A DNA stretch of 64,000 bases from a virus (taxonomy: Duplodnaviria > Caudoviricetes). Below, in pieces: positions 18,192 to 27,239 of this stretch. Position numbers and translations under genes: made by a program. The DNA is taken from positions 64,001-128,000 of IMG/VR virus record IMGVR_UViG_3300046615_000261. The stretch is one strand, 5' to 3'. Under the pieces are notes generated by a model, which saw only the letters and a list, made by a program, of their open reading frames with translations, ran no database searches and was not told the DNA's origin. Each line of letters begins with the position of its first letter. The first letter of the stretch is position 1.

Positions 18192-19019
18192 ATGAAACTC
18201 TCCGAAATCAAAGCCCCAAAGAAGGACGAAGTCGTTCGCGACTCACAAGGTCGACCACTGCGTGGTCTCGCCAAGGAACGTGCTCTGCAGCAGCGGAAAC
18301 TCGACAAGAACTTCAAGGACTACGATATCAAGGATCATCGGATCGGGGTCGCAAAGGTCGTGAAGGAAGCAGCAATCAAGGAACTGGACAAAATTGCTGC
18401 CGAGCGCTTCGGCAGCTTTGGGTTCGCTGATCTAGAAGAAGACCAGGCAGCGCGACTGATCTACATCGAACGCGCGAACAAAATCGCTGAAAAGGAGTTT
18501 GGTGAGTTCGGTCTTATGTCATGCAACGCCACTGAAATTGCGCAGATCATTAACGCCAATCCTGCGCTGATTAAGAAGGTGAACGAAGAAGAGCTCGAAT
18601 CAAAGACTGCAGAGGACCTGTGGTCGGAGAACTCGAGCTCTGCCTCGAAGTACATCAGCACGGCGACTTATCAGGTCCGTCCAATCAAGGACAGCAAGCC
18701 AGTGAAGTACGAAGCTTTCTCTGTGATCAGCACGACGCGGAAGCCGTACGGCACGTTCACAGCTGACGAGCTGAACGCAGCCCTGAAGCCGATCCGTCCG
18801 AATCAGACTCCTGACGCTGAAGGATTCACGACGTACATCGACCCTGTGAAGGTCGACGCGTTCCAGTACTCTGGTGACCCAGTGAAGGTTGATCTCGGCA
18901 AGGGTGATATTCAGACAGCCGACGATAGCGACTACATTGTTCGCACTGTTGACGGGAACAACTTCGTGTACCGCATTGAAGAAGCCGGTGACTTTGAAGC
19001 TGGACTGAAGAAAGCCTGA
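18192..19019 (+). CDS. Putative internal head protein, two-domain
   Basis: MKLSEIK start after late promoter 18164. Confidence 0.6.
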   Translation: MKLSEIKAPKKDEVVRDSQGRPLRGLAKERALQQRKLDKNFKDYDIKDHRIGVAKVVKEAAIKELDKIAAERFGSFGFADLEEDQAARLIYIERANKIAEKEFGEFGLMSCNATEIAQIINANPALIKKVNEEELESKTAEDLWSENSSSASKYISTATYQVRPIKDSKPVKYEAFSVISTTRKPYGTFTADELNAALKPIRPNQTPDAEGFTTYIDPVKVDAFQYSGDPVKVDLGKGDIQTADDSDYIVRTVDGNNFVYRIEEAGDFEAGLKKA

Positions 19020-19021
19020 TC

Positions 19022-19798
19022 ATGAAACTTGCCGATCTATTCGAGGCAGTCGTCTCCGATTCTGCCCAAGCACTCAAACTTCTTGGTCTCGCATCCGATG
19101 CGTCCATGACCGACGTGAAGGCTTCATACCGCAAGCTTGCGCAAAAGCTTCATCCTGACAAGAATGACGGCAGCGCTGAAGCTACCGAGAAGATGAAGAT
19201 GGTCAATGCGGCGAATGACTTCCTACTGAAGCATGGGTTGTCAAAGGCGACAGCTTCAGCCCAGCCTCCTGCAGAGGATGTGAAGTTCACCAAGGAAGGC
19301 ATCAAAGAGGTCGACGATAAGCTAGAAGTGATTCTTAAGAATCCGGCATGGTTCGACAAGAAGGGCCGCTCAAAGTACATTGGACCAGTTCTTTTTGCAC
19401 GTGAGCGCCTCAAGGTTGCCGAACAGCTGATCGAAATTCTCCCAGCGTACGAAGCTGTCATGAAGAAGATCGTTGCCTCTTGGAAGAATCGTTTCGAGAA
19501 GCCAGAACCTTTCAAGGCTGCAGCGAAGGAATTTGAAGAGTTCTTCAAAGAACATAAGCCAAATGATCTTCAAGCCCTTCTTAATCGCATTGCAAAGAGA
19601 CAGCGCACAGCAGGGTGCACCTACCTTAAGGTGGAAACCCCACTTCGTAACAAGGTCAGCGACGAGCTCAGCGAGATCCTGAGTTCTCGTGAGAAGATCA
19701 AGGAAGCGGTAGTTGCAGTGGACAGAACTCCTGAGCAACGTGAACGTGCTGCGAAGGCTTCTGCTCGAATGAAAGCTCAGTGGGGTTCGACTTTTTAA
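19022..19798 (+). CDS. J-domain (DnaJ-type) protein with capsid-targeting-like leader
   Basis: MKLADLFEA; LLGL..DAS..DVKASYRKLAQKLHPDKN...EKMKMVNAANDFL. Confidence 0.85.
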   Translation: MKLADLFEAVVSDSAQALKLLGLASDASMTDVKASYRKLAQKLHPDKNDGSAEATEKMKMVNAANDFLLKHGLSKATASAQPPAEDVKFTKEGIKEVDDKLEVILKNPAWFDKKGRSKYIGPVLFARERLKVAEQLIEILPAYEAVMKKIVASWKNRFEKPEPFKAAAKEFEEFFKEHKPNDLQALLNRIAKRQRTAGCTYLKVETPLRNKVSDELSEILSSREKIKEAVVAVDRTPEQRERAAKASARMKAQWGSTF

Positions 19799-20673
19799 TG
19801 AAGCTCTCTGAAATCAAACTCTTTGAGGCGCCACTCGCTGACGTCTCGTACCACAAAGCTGCAACGACTGGATCGTTCTCCGCGAGCGACTTGAAGCTGA
19901 TCAAGAAGTACATGGAGAGCGGTCACTACAAGGACAAGCTCAAGGGCCTGCCTTTTGATCTGTACTTGTACATCGTAGACAACGGTGACGAGGGTGCAGC
20001 AGCGGCAGACAGCTATCCTGAGGGTGAAGTCATTCCGTCGATCTGGAAAGATCAGACGCGCAAGCTTTATCACAAGACCGACAGAGAGCGGATTGAGGGT
20101 GGCTATGAGCCTGATCCTGACGGTCTGGACTTCAGCGTTCAGCCATTCCCAGCGATTTTCGCGGCTGTTCGTGAACGAATTCAGAAGAATCCGAACAGCG
20201 TGCACTTCTTGCTTGGCGACAACTACTCAGATGAGCACCAGATGGGTGTGACACCGTGGATCGTCGCGCACAGACTCTGCCATTGCTATTCTGTTGGTGG
20301 CGGTGTGAGCGTCCCGCCTGAGTTGATCGCAGCGTACAAGAAGAAGAAGGGCATTCCAGCAGGCGAAGCGTTCACTGCAGGCTGGAAGGCTCTGCAAGCT
20401 TCACTGACATTCAAGAGCGCAAAGTCGAACAAGCTTATTGAGTCTGAAACCTCCGTCGAAATGAACGCGCAGTTCCTTGTCACTGGAGATATTCCACTTG
20501 ATCTTCCTGCGTACAGCGCGAAACTGAAGGAGCTCAGCGACGTCAGTGGTTTCACTCTGACCGATGATGAAATCGTTCAGCAGACTGAGATCTGGAACAA
20601 TGAAGTTAGCGAGTTCAAGGATCGCTGCAAGAAGGCCGCTGAACGTATTCGCGGCAAAGTGTTCTACGTGTAA
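19798..20673 (+). CDS. Putative internal head protein
   Basis: TAATG-coupled; MKLSEIKLFEA. Confidence 0.6.
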   Translation: MKLSEIKLFEAPLADVSYHKAATTGSFSASDLKLIKKYMESGHYKDKLKGLPFDLYLYIVDNGDEGAAAADSYPEGEVIPSIWKDQTRKLYHKTDRERIEGGYEPDPDGLDFSVQPFPAIFAAVRERIQKNPNSVHFLLGDNYSDEHQMGVTPWIVAHRLCHCYSVGGGVSVPPELIAAYKKKKGIPAGEAFTAGWKALQASLTFKSAKSNKLIESETSVEMNAQFLVTGDIPLDLPAYSAKLKELSDVSGFTLTDDEIVQQTEIWNNEVSEFKDRCKKAAERIRGKVFYV

Positions 20674-20697
20674 GCTCCGGGGGCTGATAAATACAGG

Positions 20698-21099
20698 ATG
20701 CAAAGTCCTGTATCCCCGAAGCTCAAATCCAAAGACGTGAAGAAGACACGCCTTGCACTCCTCGAGTCGCAAGGTTTCAAGTGTGCTATCTGTCAACTCC
20801 CATGTGATGAAGAGCAAGCCGTTCTAGATCACTGCCACAAAGGCGGTTGGATCAGAGCGGTCCTGCACCGTGCCTGCAACGCAGCCGAAGGTAAAGTGAT
20901 GAACTCCCTTCGTCGGTACGGTATCAAGGATCCACAGAACTTCTTGCGTGAATTGATGAAGTACCATGAGGTTCATGCTACTAATCAGACCGGGTTGATA
21001 CACCCGCTGCACTTCACTCCTGAAGAGAAGCTCGAGCGCTCGAAGGCGAAAGCCAAGAAAGCTCGGGCGAAAGCCAAAGCTGCTAAGTCAGCACAATAA
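20698..21099 (+). CDS. gp49: Recombination endonuclease VII (Holliday junction resolvase)
   Basis: CAIC...LDHCH.GG.IRAVLHRACNAAEGK. Confidence 0.9.
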   Translation: MQSPVSPKLKSKDVKKTRLALLESQGFKCAICQLPCDEEQAVLDHCHKGGWIRAVLHRACNAAEGKVMNSLRRYGIKDPQNFLRELMKYHEVHATNQTGLIHPLHFTPEEKLERSKAKAKKARAKAKAAKSAQ

Positions 21100-21114
21100 C
21101 TGAAAAGAGACTCT

Positions 21115-21708
21115 ATGACAGAACTTCCGCGCTGGACAGTGCGGCTTAATGCGACACGTCCAACTCCTGACTACCATGACCTGATCGCAATTGTTGCTCA
21201 GCACTATCACACGTACGTGTCTGCTGAGAACTTCCTTGCTCCGTACAACGCACGGGAACGATCGAAGTCTTTTTATACTCCGCCCGATCGTGAAACCCTG
21301 AAGCAGGTCGTGAAACAAGGTGGCATGAATAACGCCTCGTACTTCGCTCTCCTGAACGGCCTGATCAAGTTCTGCGAGACCACAAAAGGCATGCGCGCTC
21401 TTGCTGCTCCCCACCCAAGCACGATCCATTCGATTCAGGTTCCCCAACCTGCGTTTGAGTTGGTCGAGACGGCTCAAGACTGTACAATGGGAACTCATCA
21501 GCTCACTGTGCCAGGTGCTGAACCGATCTATCTGAAAGGCGTCCGCAATCCGGAGTCGATCAGGTTCGTGATCGTTCGCCCGAAGCTCAGTCAGTTGGGT
21601 ACTCCATCAGCCAAGGAGTGGGAAGCATTGCTGTTCAATCAGAACTACGGATACGTTCCGAACTGGGTGGACAGCACGTTGAACACTCGCTGGGCTGGCA
21701 AGTTTTAA
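21115..21708 (+). CDS. Hypothetical protein
   Basis: 197-aa ORF in a co-oriented run. Confidence 0.6.
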   Translation: MTELPRWTVRLNATRPTPDYHDLIAIVAQHYHTYVSAENFLAPYNARERSKSFYTPPDRETLKQVVKQGGMNNASYFALLNGLIKFCETTKGMRALAAPHPSTIHSIQVPQPAFELVETAQDCTMGTHQLTVPGAEPIYLKGVRNPESIRFVIVRPKLSQLGTPSAKEWEALLFNQNYGYVPNWVDSTLNTRWAGKF

Positions 21709-21723
21709 CCTGAAGAACTGACA

Positions 21724-21936
21724 ATGAACGCAAAGATCGCAAAGCAACTCCGTCGTATCGCCCGTGGCATGGTTGTTGCCGCTGAAGCTGAAGCCGCACC
21801 GAAGGGTCCGGAAGCAACTGGCAAACCTCTCTCGATCAAGAAGGTCGCTTACCAGCAGAACCAAAAGGGCACGATCAGCGTGGCGAAGAACACGTACAAG
21901 GGTGCGTACAAGGCGCTGAAGGCCGGCACTCTGTAA
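21724..21936 (+). CDS. Small basic hypothetical protein
   Basis: K/A-rich 70 aa. Confidence 0.55.
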   Translation: MNAKIAKQLRRIARGMVVAAEAEAAPKGPEATGKPLSIKKVAYQQNQKGTISVAKNTYKGAYKALKAGTL

Positions 21937-21939
21937 CTC

Positions 21940-22410
21940 ATGGGCAAGATCAAGAATAATTCGATTCCGGTCGGATATCAGATCCAAGTTCAATCGTGGG
22001 AAGGTGACGCAGATCGCTACCACACGTGTACCCTGAGCGGGCTGACCTCTCACGAGGTCGACTTTATCGCGTTCATCGTTCGACACTTTCGATCGGTGAA
22101 CGCGATGACCAAGCCTGGCCTTGGGAACATGTACGTTCATGGTTGGCAGTTGAAGCAACTGATCGACGAAGCGACCGTGAAGTTCGGCGTGCCGCAATCG
22201 CAGAGCATGCAGTACTTCGTGTTCGACGAAGAAGATGAGTACAAGGAAGATCACGCGTACAGCATGATCAGCACGCTGCTCGGCGAGGTCCAGTACACTG
22301 GCGACTACTCCGGGTATGCGCCCGATAAGCACTTCTGCCGCGTGTTTGATCTATTTGTGGTGTACGAGTACGAAGCTCCGGTCAAGGACGTTACGAAGCG
22401 ATTCACCTGA
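21940..22410 (+). CDS. Hypothetical protein
   Basis: 156-aa ORF. Confidence 0.6.
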   Translation: MGKIKNNSIPVGYQIQVQSWEGDADRYHTCTLSGLTSHEVDFIAFIVRHFRSVNAMTKPGLGNMYVHGWQLKQLIDEATVKFGVPQSQSMQYFVFDEEDEYKEDHAYSMISTLLGEVQYTGDYSGYAPDKHFCRVFDLFVVYEYEAPVKDVTKRFT

Positions 22411-22452
22411 TCCGCCTCCGGGTGTATAATGCCACATCACCTGGAGGTTTCT

Positions 22453-22965
22453 ATGGACATGCGTGATTCGAGTTGGTACCGTGGGTGCACCAAAGCACGG
22501 CGTGGTTTTGGTGCACGTCGCTTGGAGCTGATCGAAAAGCTCTGGGAAGAGCAGAACCTGCTCACGCACCTGATCATTCAGGGTCAGGCTTCTGGCCGCA
22601 CGCCAGCAGAGCTGGAGCTGGTCAAGAAAGGCATCGACGCGCTCAGGGTCGAGCTCGATGAGATCACGCTTCCGAAGGACGTGCGCTCGAAGCGCGAGAT
22701 CTGGATCGAGGAAACTCAGCTCCAGCGGAACGTCGCGAACCTTCCGAAAATCTCTGACGCTGCTCTCGGCGCAGAGTACGATCGTGATCTCGAAGAGCGG
22801 GTCTGGGCGAAGAAGATCCGCAAAGAGCGAAAGACCGATCACCCGGGCGGCGAGCTCGGGCTGATCGCAGATGGCATCCTCGGAGATCGCAAAGTACGTG
22901 AAGTGCTCCTTGGCGATATTCCGTTCGGCGTTCACCGTGACAAGACCGTACAAACTAAGCGCTAG
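22453..22965 (+). CDS. Hypothetical early protein overlapping the polymerase-like gene
   Basis: TATAAT 22425, SD GGAGG 22443, ATG 22453. Confidence 0.65.
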   Translation: MDMRDSSWYRGCTKARRGFGARRLELIEKLWEEQNLLTHLIIQGQASGRTPAELELVKKGIDALRVELDEITLPKDVRSKREIWIEETQLQRNVANLPKISDAALGAEYDRDLEERVWAKKIRKERKTDHPGGELGLIADGILGDRKVREVLLGDIPFGVHRDKTVQTKR

Positions 22966-24190
22966 AACGCTCCTTCACCCTCAGCACCCGCTGCACTGGA
23001 CTCGGTTCTGGCCGGACCTGCAGCGGTTGCATCGGACGCGCGTCGAAGCTCGCCAAGACCTTGTGCTCTGGCTGGCGAATCTGTACCACGGCGCGATCCA
23101 CTGCGGGAAACCGCTCGGCTTCTGCTCGATCCAAGTTCGCTTGATGGACCTCCGCGAGTGGGTCCGCGACTACAAACCCGCGCTCGATCATTTCTTCGAA
23201 GTGAAGCAGCTCGGTTTCCATTTCGACGAAGACAACACCGAGCTCACGACCCTCGTTCCGAGGAAGCTCCCGCCTGAGGAGCTGAACATCGTGGGCGAGA
23301 CGGCCGAGTCCCTGAGGTACGAGCCTCCGGTGGTGCCGGTGCACTCCGTTATTTCGAAGGTGTACCTATCACCGGGGCTGGACCATAAGAGCCTGGTGGC
23401 CCGGGTGTTGGTCCATGGCCGCCCTGAGCTCGTACCCCAGTTGAACTGGCTCCTGAAGCAGGGGCAGACCGAGCTGAACTTCCATTTCCAGCCGAGCGGG
23501 AAGCTAAAGCAGCGGGACACGAGTGTCTGGCCGATCGCTGCAATCGAGACGTGGCCGTCCTGGCTGCGTGAAGAGCTGTTCGGCCCCGGGATCGATCTCG
23601 ACTCGGCGTACGTGCAGTTCCTGATGCACCACCTGAAGGTCGTGTTCAAGGGTCGAGACACGCTGATGCAGACCCTGTTCCCAGACTTGATTCGACTGCT
23701 GGAAGACAAGGAAAATTTCCGCAAGGAATTATGCACACAAGTTCTCCAGCGGCCGTACAACGAGAAGTACCGATCGCTGATCAAGCAGGTCGTGATGAGT
23801 CTGGCGAACGGTTCGAAGATCAGCCCGGCCCTGCTCACGAACGGAGGCGGGTTCAGCCTGACTGCTGAACTGATCGTCGATGCTGCTCCGGACGCGACGA
23901 TCTCGGACTTGACAGCAATTGGAGAACGACTGAAACGGATCGCAGATCAGTTCGCTTCGGCTCGACGGTACGCATGCATGGATCTGCTGAAAAAATCGCC
24001 AACGCGGAAAAACGTGAAGCAGGTTTTTAGCGGGTATTTTTCGTGGGAAAGAAAAGCGCGGTACGCGTTATGGGAAGAAGTCGGGCGGCACGGGATCATG
24101 GTTCATGACGGGCTGGACGGGGTCCCGAAGGATCAGCTCGCCCGTCTTCCGGAGTTGATCAAGAGCCTGGATCTGAAGCTGACCGCGTAG
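22871..24190 (+). CDS. Compact PolA/T7-RNAP-superfamily polymerase-like protein (TV-Pol-like)
   Basis: Motif A GIDLDSAY (D242), motif B RSLIKQVVMSLANG (301-314), motif C MVHDG (H412/D413); start uncertain (ATG 22871 or GTG 22898). Confidence 0.65.
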   Translation: MASSEIAKYVKCSLAIFRSAFTVTRPYKLSARTLLHPQHPLHWTRFWPDLQRLHRTRVEARQDLVLWLANLYHGAIHCGKPLGFCSIQVRLMDLREWVRDYKPALDHFFEVKQLGFHFDEDNTELTTLVPRKLPPEELNIVGETAESLRYEPPVVPVHSVISKVYLSPGLDHKSLVARVLVHGRPELVPQLNWLLKQGQTELNFHFQPSGKLKQRDTSVWPIAAIETWPSWLREELFGPGIDLDSAYVQFLMHHLKVVFKGRDTLMQTLFPDLIRLLEDKENFRKELCTQVLQRPYNEKYRSLIKQVVMSLANGSKISPALLTNGGGFSLTAELIVDAAPDATISDLTAIGERLKRIADQFASARRYACMDLLKKSPTRKNVKQVFSGYFSWERKARYALWEEVGRHGIMVHDGLDGVPKDQLARLPELIKSLDLKLTA

Positions 24191-24275
24191 GCGCGAATTT
24201 AGAGGCATTAGGTGGCAGATAGCGGCCGGTTCCGTAAATACGGCTGCTATCCTCACAACATTACCGGACACCACA

Positions 24276-25712
24276 ATGGATAAATTCAATTTCGGCAAGC
24301 TGCGCGCGCTGGCTTCCGGCCAAAAGCTCGACGAAGCCAAAACCAAGTACCGCGCCGTAGAAGACTACGAGAAGAACGACGGCACTTGGCATGTCCTTGA
24401 CGACAAGGACAATCAAGACTCCCGCGGTATGCCAGAGTTCGAAGCGAAAGAACGTGCTGAATACCTGAACACCGGTATCCGCAAAGAGCGTCCAGTCTCT
24501 GCGCCTGTAAAGCGCGTAAAGCCAGGCGTCGTCAAGGAAGGCGTTTCGGACGCTGAGGACGTGTTCAATCGTCTCGAAGGCATCGCCAAGAATGGTATTG
24601 ACGCACGAGATGCAGAGAATATCAAGAAAGACATCGCCACCAAGCTCAAGCAAGGTTGGACTGCAACCGAAATCGTTTCGTACGTCCGTTGGACCGAAGA
24701 AATCAATCCTGACATCGAAGAAGATGAAGCGCTTGCAAAGATGAAGCGCGTCAAGACGGTCGTCCAAGATCGCCTCGGCAAGAAGGTTGACGAAGCGAAG
24801 GCCGACGAGCCAGAGAAGAAGATGTCGTGCCCAGGTTGCACCAAGAACGGTAAGAAGCTGTTCAGCAAGTTCACCGTGAACGCTGGTGCATGGTCCTGCG
24901 CTGATTGCGGCTGGGTGAAGGAAATGACCAAGACCGAAAAGAAGTCGCTCAAGGAATCAGCCTTGAACGAAGCCACGCACGAGACGAGCCTTGCAGATGA
25001 CGACACGACTGGCAAGTCCCCCGAGCAGACCGCTCAGTGGTTGGCCAAGAAGTTCAAAGTGCAAGTGAAGCTCATTGACGCTAACCCAAAGCACTCTGGC
25101 GGCTGGCCAATCTACGCGTTCACCGGTTCGGACGAAGCTATCAAGAAGCTCACGACGTACATCGGTGAACAAGACCTGAATGAATCAACCAAGGAAACTA
25201 AAATGAACGAAAGCATCAACAAGGCCCGCGCCCTCGCAGGTCTCCCACCAATGAAGCTCGTCGAAGCTGCTCCAGTCATGGAAGCAGGCGATGCAGCGAT
25301 CCTCGCGAAGGTCAAGGAAATCGGCAATGGCGGTTACATGGACCAGATCATTGTTCGCGCAGTGAAGCAACGCCTGGAATCCGGCAAGGAATCCGGCTTT
25401 GAGCACCCAGCGATTGTTCAAGCTGACAAGGTCATCAAGGCCCTCGGCCTGAAGGTCAAGGTCGCTGAAGCTGTCGTGACTGAAGGTACCGCTGGTCACT
25501 TCATGGAGCCAAGCGTTGGCCAAACCGGATCGATGCTTGTTCTTGACGACAACGCAGTCGTGAAGAAGCTTGCTAAGGTTCTCGGCCTTGATAGCGACTG
25601 GGTCCTGAAGGACATCGGCTCCGGTCTGTTCGCTGCGTACAACAGTGGCGATCGTCTCTCGATCTTCACGAACAAGAGCGACTACGTTGACGATCACCCA
25701 GACGCTGAGTAA
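24276..25712 (+). CDS. Putative prohead core/internal polyprotein with Zn ribbon
   Basis: Late promoter 24235; many L/V-x-E sites; CPGC...CADC. Confidence 0.55.
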   Translation: MDKFNFGKLRALASGQKLDEAKTKYRAVEDYEKNDGTWHVLDDKDNQDSRGMPEFEAKERAEYLNTGIRKERPVSAPVKRVKPGVVKEGVSDAEDVFNRLEGIAKNGIDARDAENIKKDIATKLKQGWTATEIVSYVRWTEEINPDIEEDEALAKMKRVKTVVQDRLGKKVDEAKADEPEKKMSCPGCTKNGKKLFSKFTVNAGAWSCADCGWVKEMTKTEKKSLKESALNEATHETSLADDDTTGKSPEQTAQWLAKKFKVQVKLIDANPKHSGGWPIYAFTGSDEAIKKLTTYIGEQDLNESTKETKMNESINKARALAGLPPMKLVEAAPVMEAGDAAILAKVKEIGNGGYMDQIIVRAVKQRLESGKESGFEHPAIVQADKVIKALGLKVKVAEAVVTEGTAGHFMEPSVGQTGSMLVLDDNAVVKKLAKVLGLDSDWVLKDIGSGLFAAYNSGDRLSIFTNKSDYVDDHPDAE

Positions 25713-25751
25713 GCGCTAGGTACGGCACTTACCGTGCCACCAGAAACGACT

Positions 25752-25775
25752 GAGGGACCCTAGGGTCCCTCTTTT
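25752..25775 (+). terminator. Intrinsic terminator
   Basis: gagggacc-ctag-ggtccctc-tttt. Confidence 0.85.
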
Positions 25776-25817
25776 GTTAGCTAAACACCGATCAGAACCG
25801 GTGTCTCTGAGTGTCGC

Positions 25818-26120
25818 TCAGAACTTGAACGTGACGATCGAGCTTGGTCGCGCGTACGTGTCTGATGTCCAGTCGTACGTGCCCTTGTAATCGGTCGCGT
25901 TCATCACGATCCCGTTCGGGCTCTTCTTCACGAAGTCAGCCAGGTCATCGGCCAATTCACCGTCGTTGTCGAGCTCGATGTAGTACACACCGCCATTCGA
26001 GCTGAACCGCAGATCGCCGAGATTGCACTTCCCTTTCATGCTCTTCACGTAAGCAGTGACCTTACGCTGAATTGCTTCGAAGTCCTTCTCGTTCCGGGCT
26101 TTGACATCAACCAATTTCAT
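25818..26120 (-). CDS. Hypothetical early protein
   Basis: TACAAT at 26144..26149 (-) and SD AGGAG. Confidence 0.65.
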   Translation of the reverse strand: MKLVDVKARNEKDFEAIQRKVTAYVKSMKGKCNLGDLRFSSNGGVYYIELDNDGELADDLADFVKKSPNGIVMNATDYKGTYDWTSDTYARPSSIVTFKF

Positions 26121-26149
26121 GTGTTCTCCTAGTCGGGATCAGGATTGTA

Positions 26150-26380
26150 TCACAACCCGAGACCGCCGAACGGGCTCTTCGATGCTGCCTCAATCCGCTT
26201 GTTGATACTTTCGATCACCAGGTCACGTTCGAACGCAGACATGTTCAAGGCCGTCTCGTACGGCACGCCACCACGGGTGTACGTAGCGATGTCGATCGCG
26301 GCCTGAATCAGGCCCTTGATTTCAATCTGCATTCGATCGATCATCTGAACGATTCTGGTGTGATCGCCAGTCAGAATCAT
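26150..26380 (-). CDS. gp51-like / tail chaperone GT-type C-terminal part
   Basis: GGVPYETALNMSAFERDLVIE pattern; lies in the -1 frame of the upstream gene with no SD. Confidence 0.55.
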   Translation of the reverse strand: MILTGDHTRIVQMIDRMQIEIKGLIQAAIDIATYTRGGVPYETALNMSAFERDLVIESINKRIEAASKSPFGGLGL

Positions 26381-27165
26381 TCGGAGAAAAAAGATACAGG
26401 ATTGAGCGGGAGCTCAACCTTCATCTCACCACCACAGTCCTTGCACTTCAGCGGCACGGTCTGCTCTGGTCCCCAACCGTTCAACTCAGCCGCAGCTTCG
26501 TTGATTCGATTCACCATTGGCGATGTGAGCTTCCGGATCCATTCTTCGATGAACTTCGGATCAGTGACATCGTCAACCTTCTCGACCATCGATACGAGAT
26601 TGATCACGGCCATTTCCTTCACGTCTTCAGCCGTGAATTCCTTCTTGTTCGCTGAACGATGGAACAGCTCGATCACGTCCTTGAACTTCATCGGACGAGT
26701 GTACACCTTCTGACCGGTCACGAGCTCAACGACACGCTTCTCTTCGATCTGAGTTGGGTCTAGCAGAACCATCTTCTGCGCGAGCGCTTCGAGATCAACG
26801 ACGTACGAGTGCTGCTTAGCTTCAGCACAGTCGTGCTTCACTTCGATTCGGTACTCCGAACCGTACGTCACGAGGCGTAGGAAGAACAGGAGCGCGTCGA
26901 TGTCGCGGCCAAAGAGCTCAAGCGGCTTCTTGATCGATGGGACGCAGTCCGCCATCACGGCCTCGAGCGCCTTCCCGTTGAACAGCAGGTCGGGATTCTT
27001 CAAATTGATTTCAGCCAGTGCAGTCATTGGGTGCACATGGATTTCGCCGTTCTTGGTAGACGAATCAAGCTCGCCGTTCACGTACAGCGCTGCTCGGGAT
27101 GGGAGCTGGAACGTTCTGCCTGGCAGTTTGATCTTTGCCAGGAGTGGATTTGTGGTGTCGGACAT
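26377..27165 (-). CDS. Baseplate hub/tail assembly chaperone, gp26-like
   Basis: FQLPSR...HPMTALAEINLKNPDLL...FGRDIDALLFFLRLVTYG..Y...CKDC; adjacent to the tape measure gene. Confidence 0.7.
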   Translation of the reverse strand: MSDTTNPLLAKIKLPGRTFQLPSRAALYVNGELDSSTKNGEIHVHPMTALAEINLKNPDLLFNGKALEAVMADCVPSIKKPLELFGRDIDALLFFLRLVTYGSEYRIEVKHDCAEAKQHSYVVDLEALAQKMVLLDPTQIEEKRVVELVTGQKVYTRPMKFKDVIELFHRSANKKEFTAEDVKEMAVINLVSMVEKVDDVTDPKFIEEWIRKLTSPMVNRINEAAAELNGWGPEQTVPLKCKDCGGEMKVELPLNPVSFFSE

Positions 27166-27239
27166 CAGTGTCGCCTTCGATCTAAATATGGAACCTACCT
27201 ATTTACGGGCTTTAGAAAAGCCCCTCTCGGGACCACTGG

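Noticed and set aside
25818-26120. MKLVDVKA N-terminus resembling the capsid tag
   Set aside because: The gene has an early TACAAT promoter and SD rather than TAAATA, and lacks the E/F pattern, so it was excluded from the tagged set
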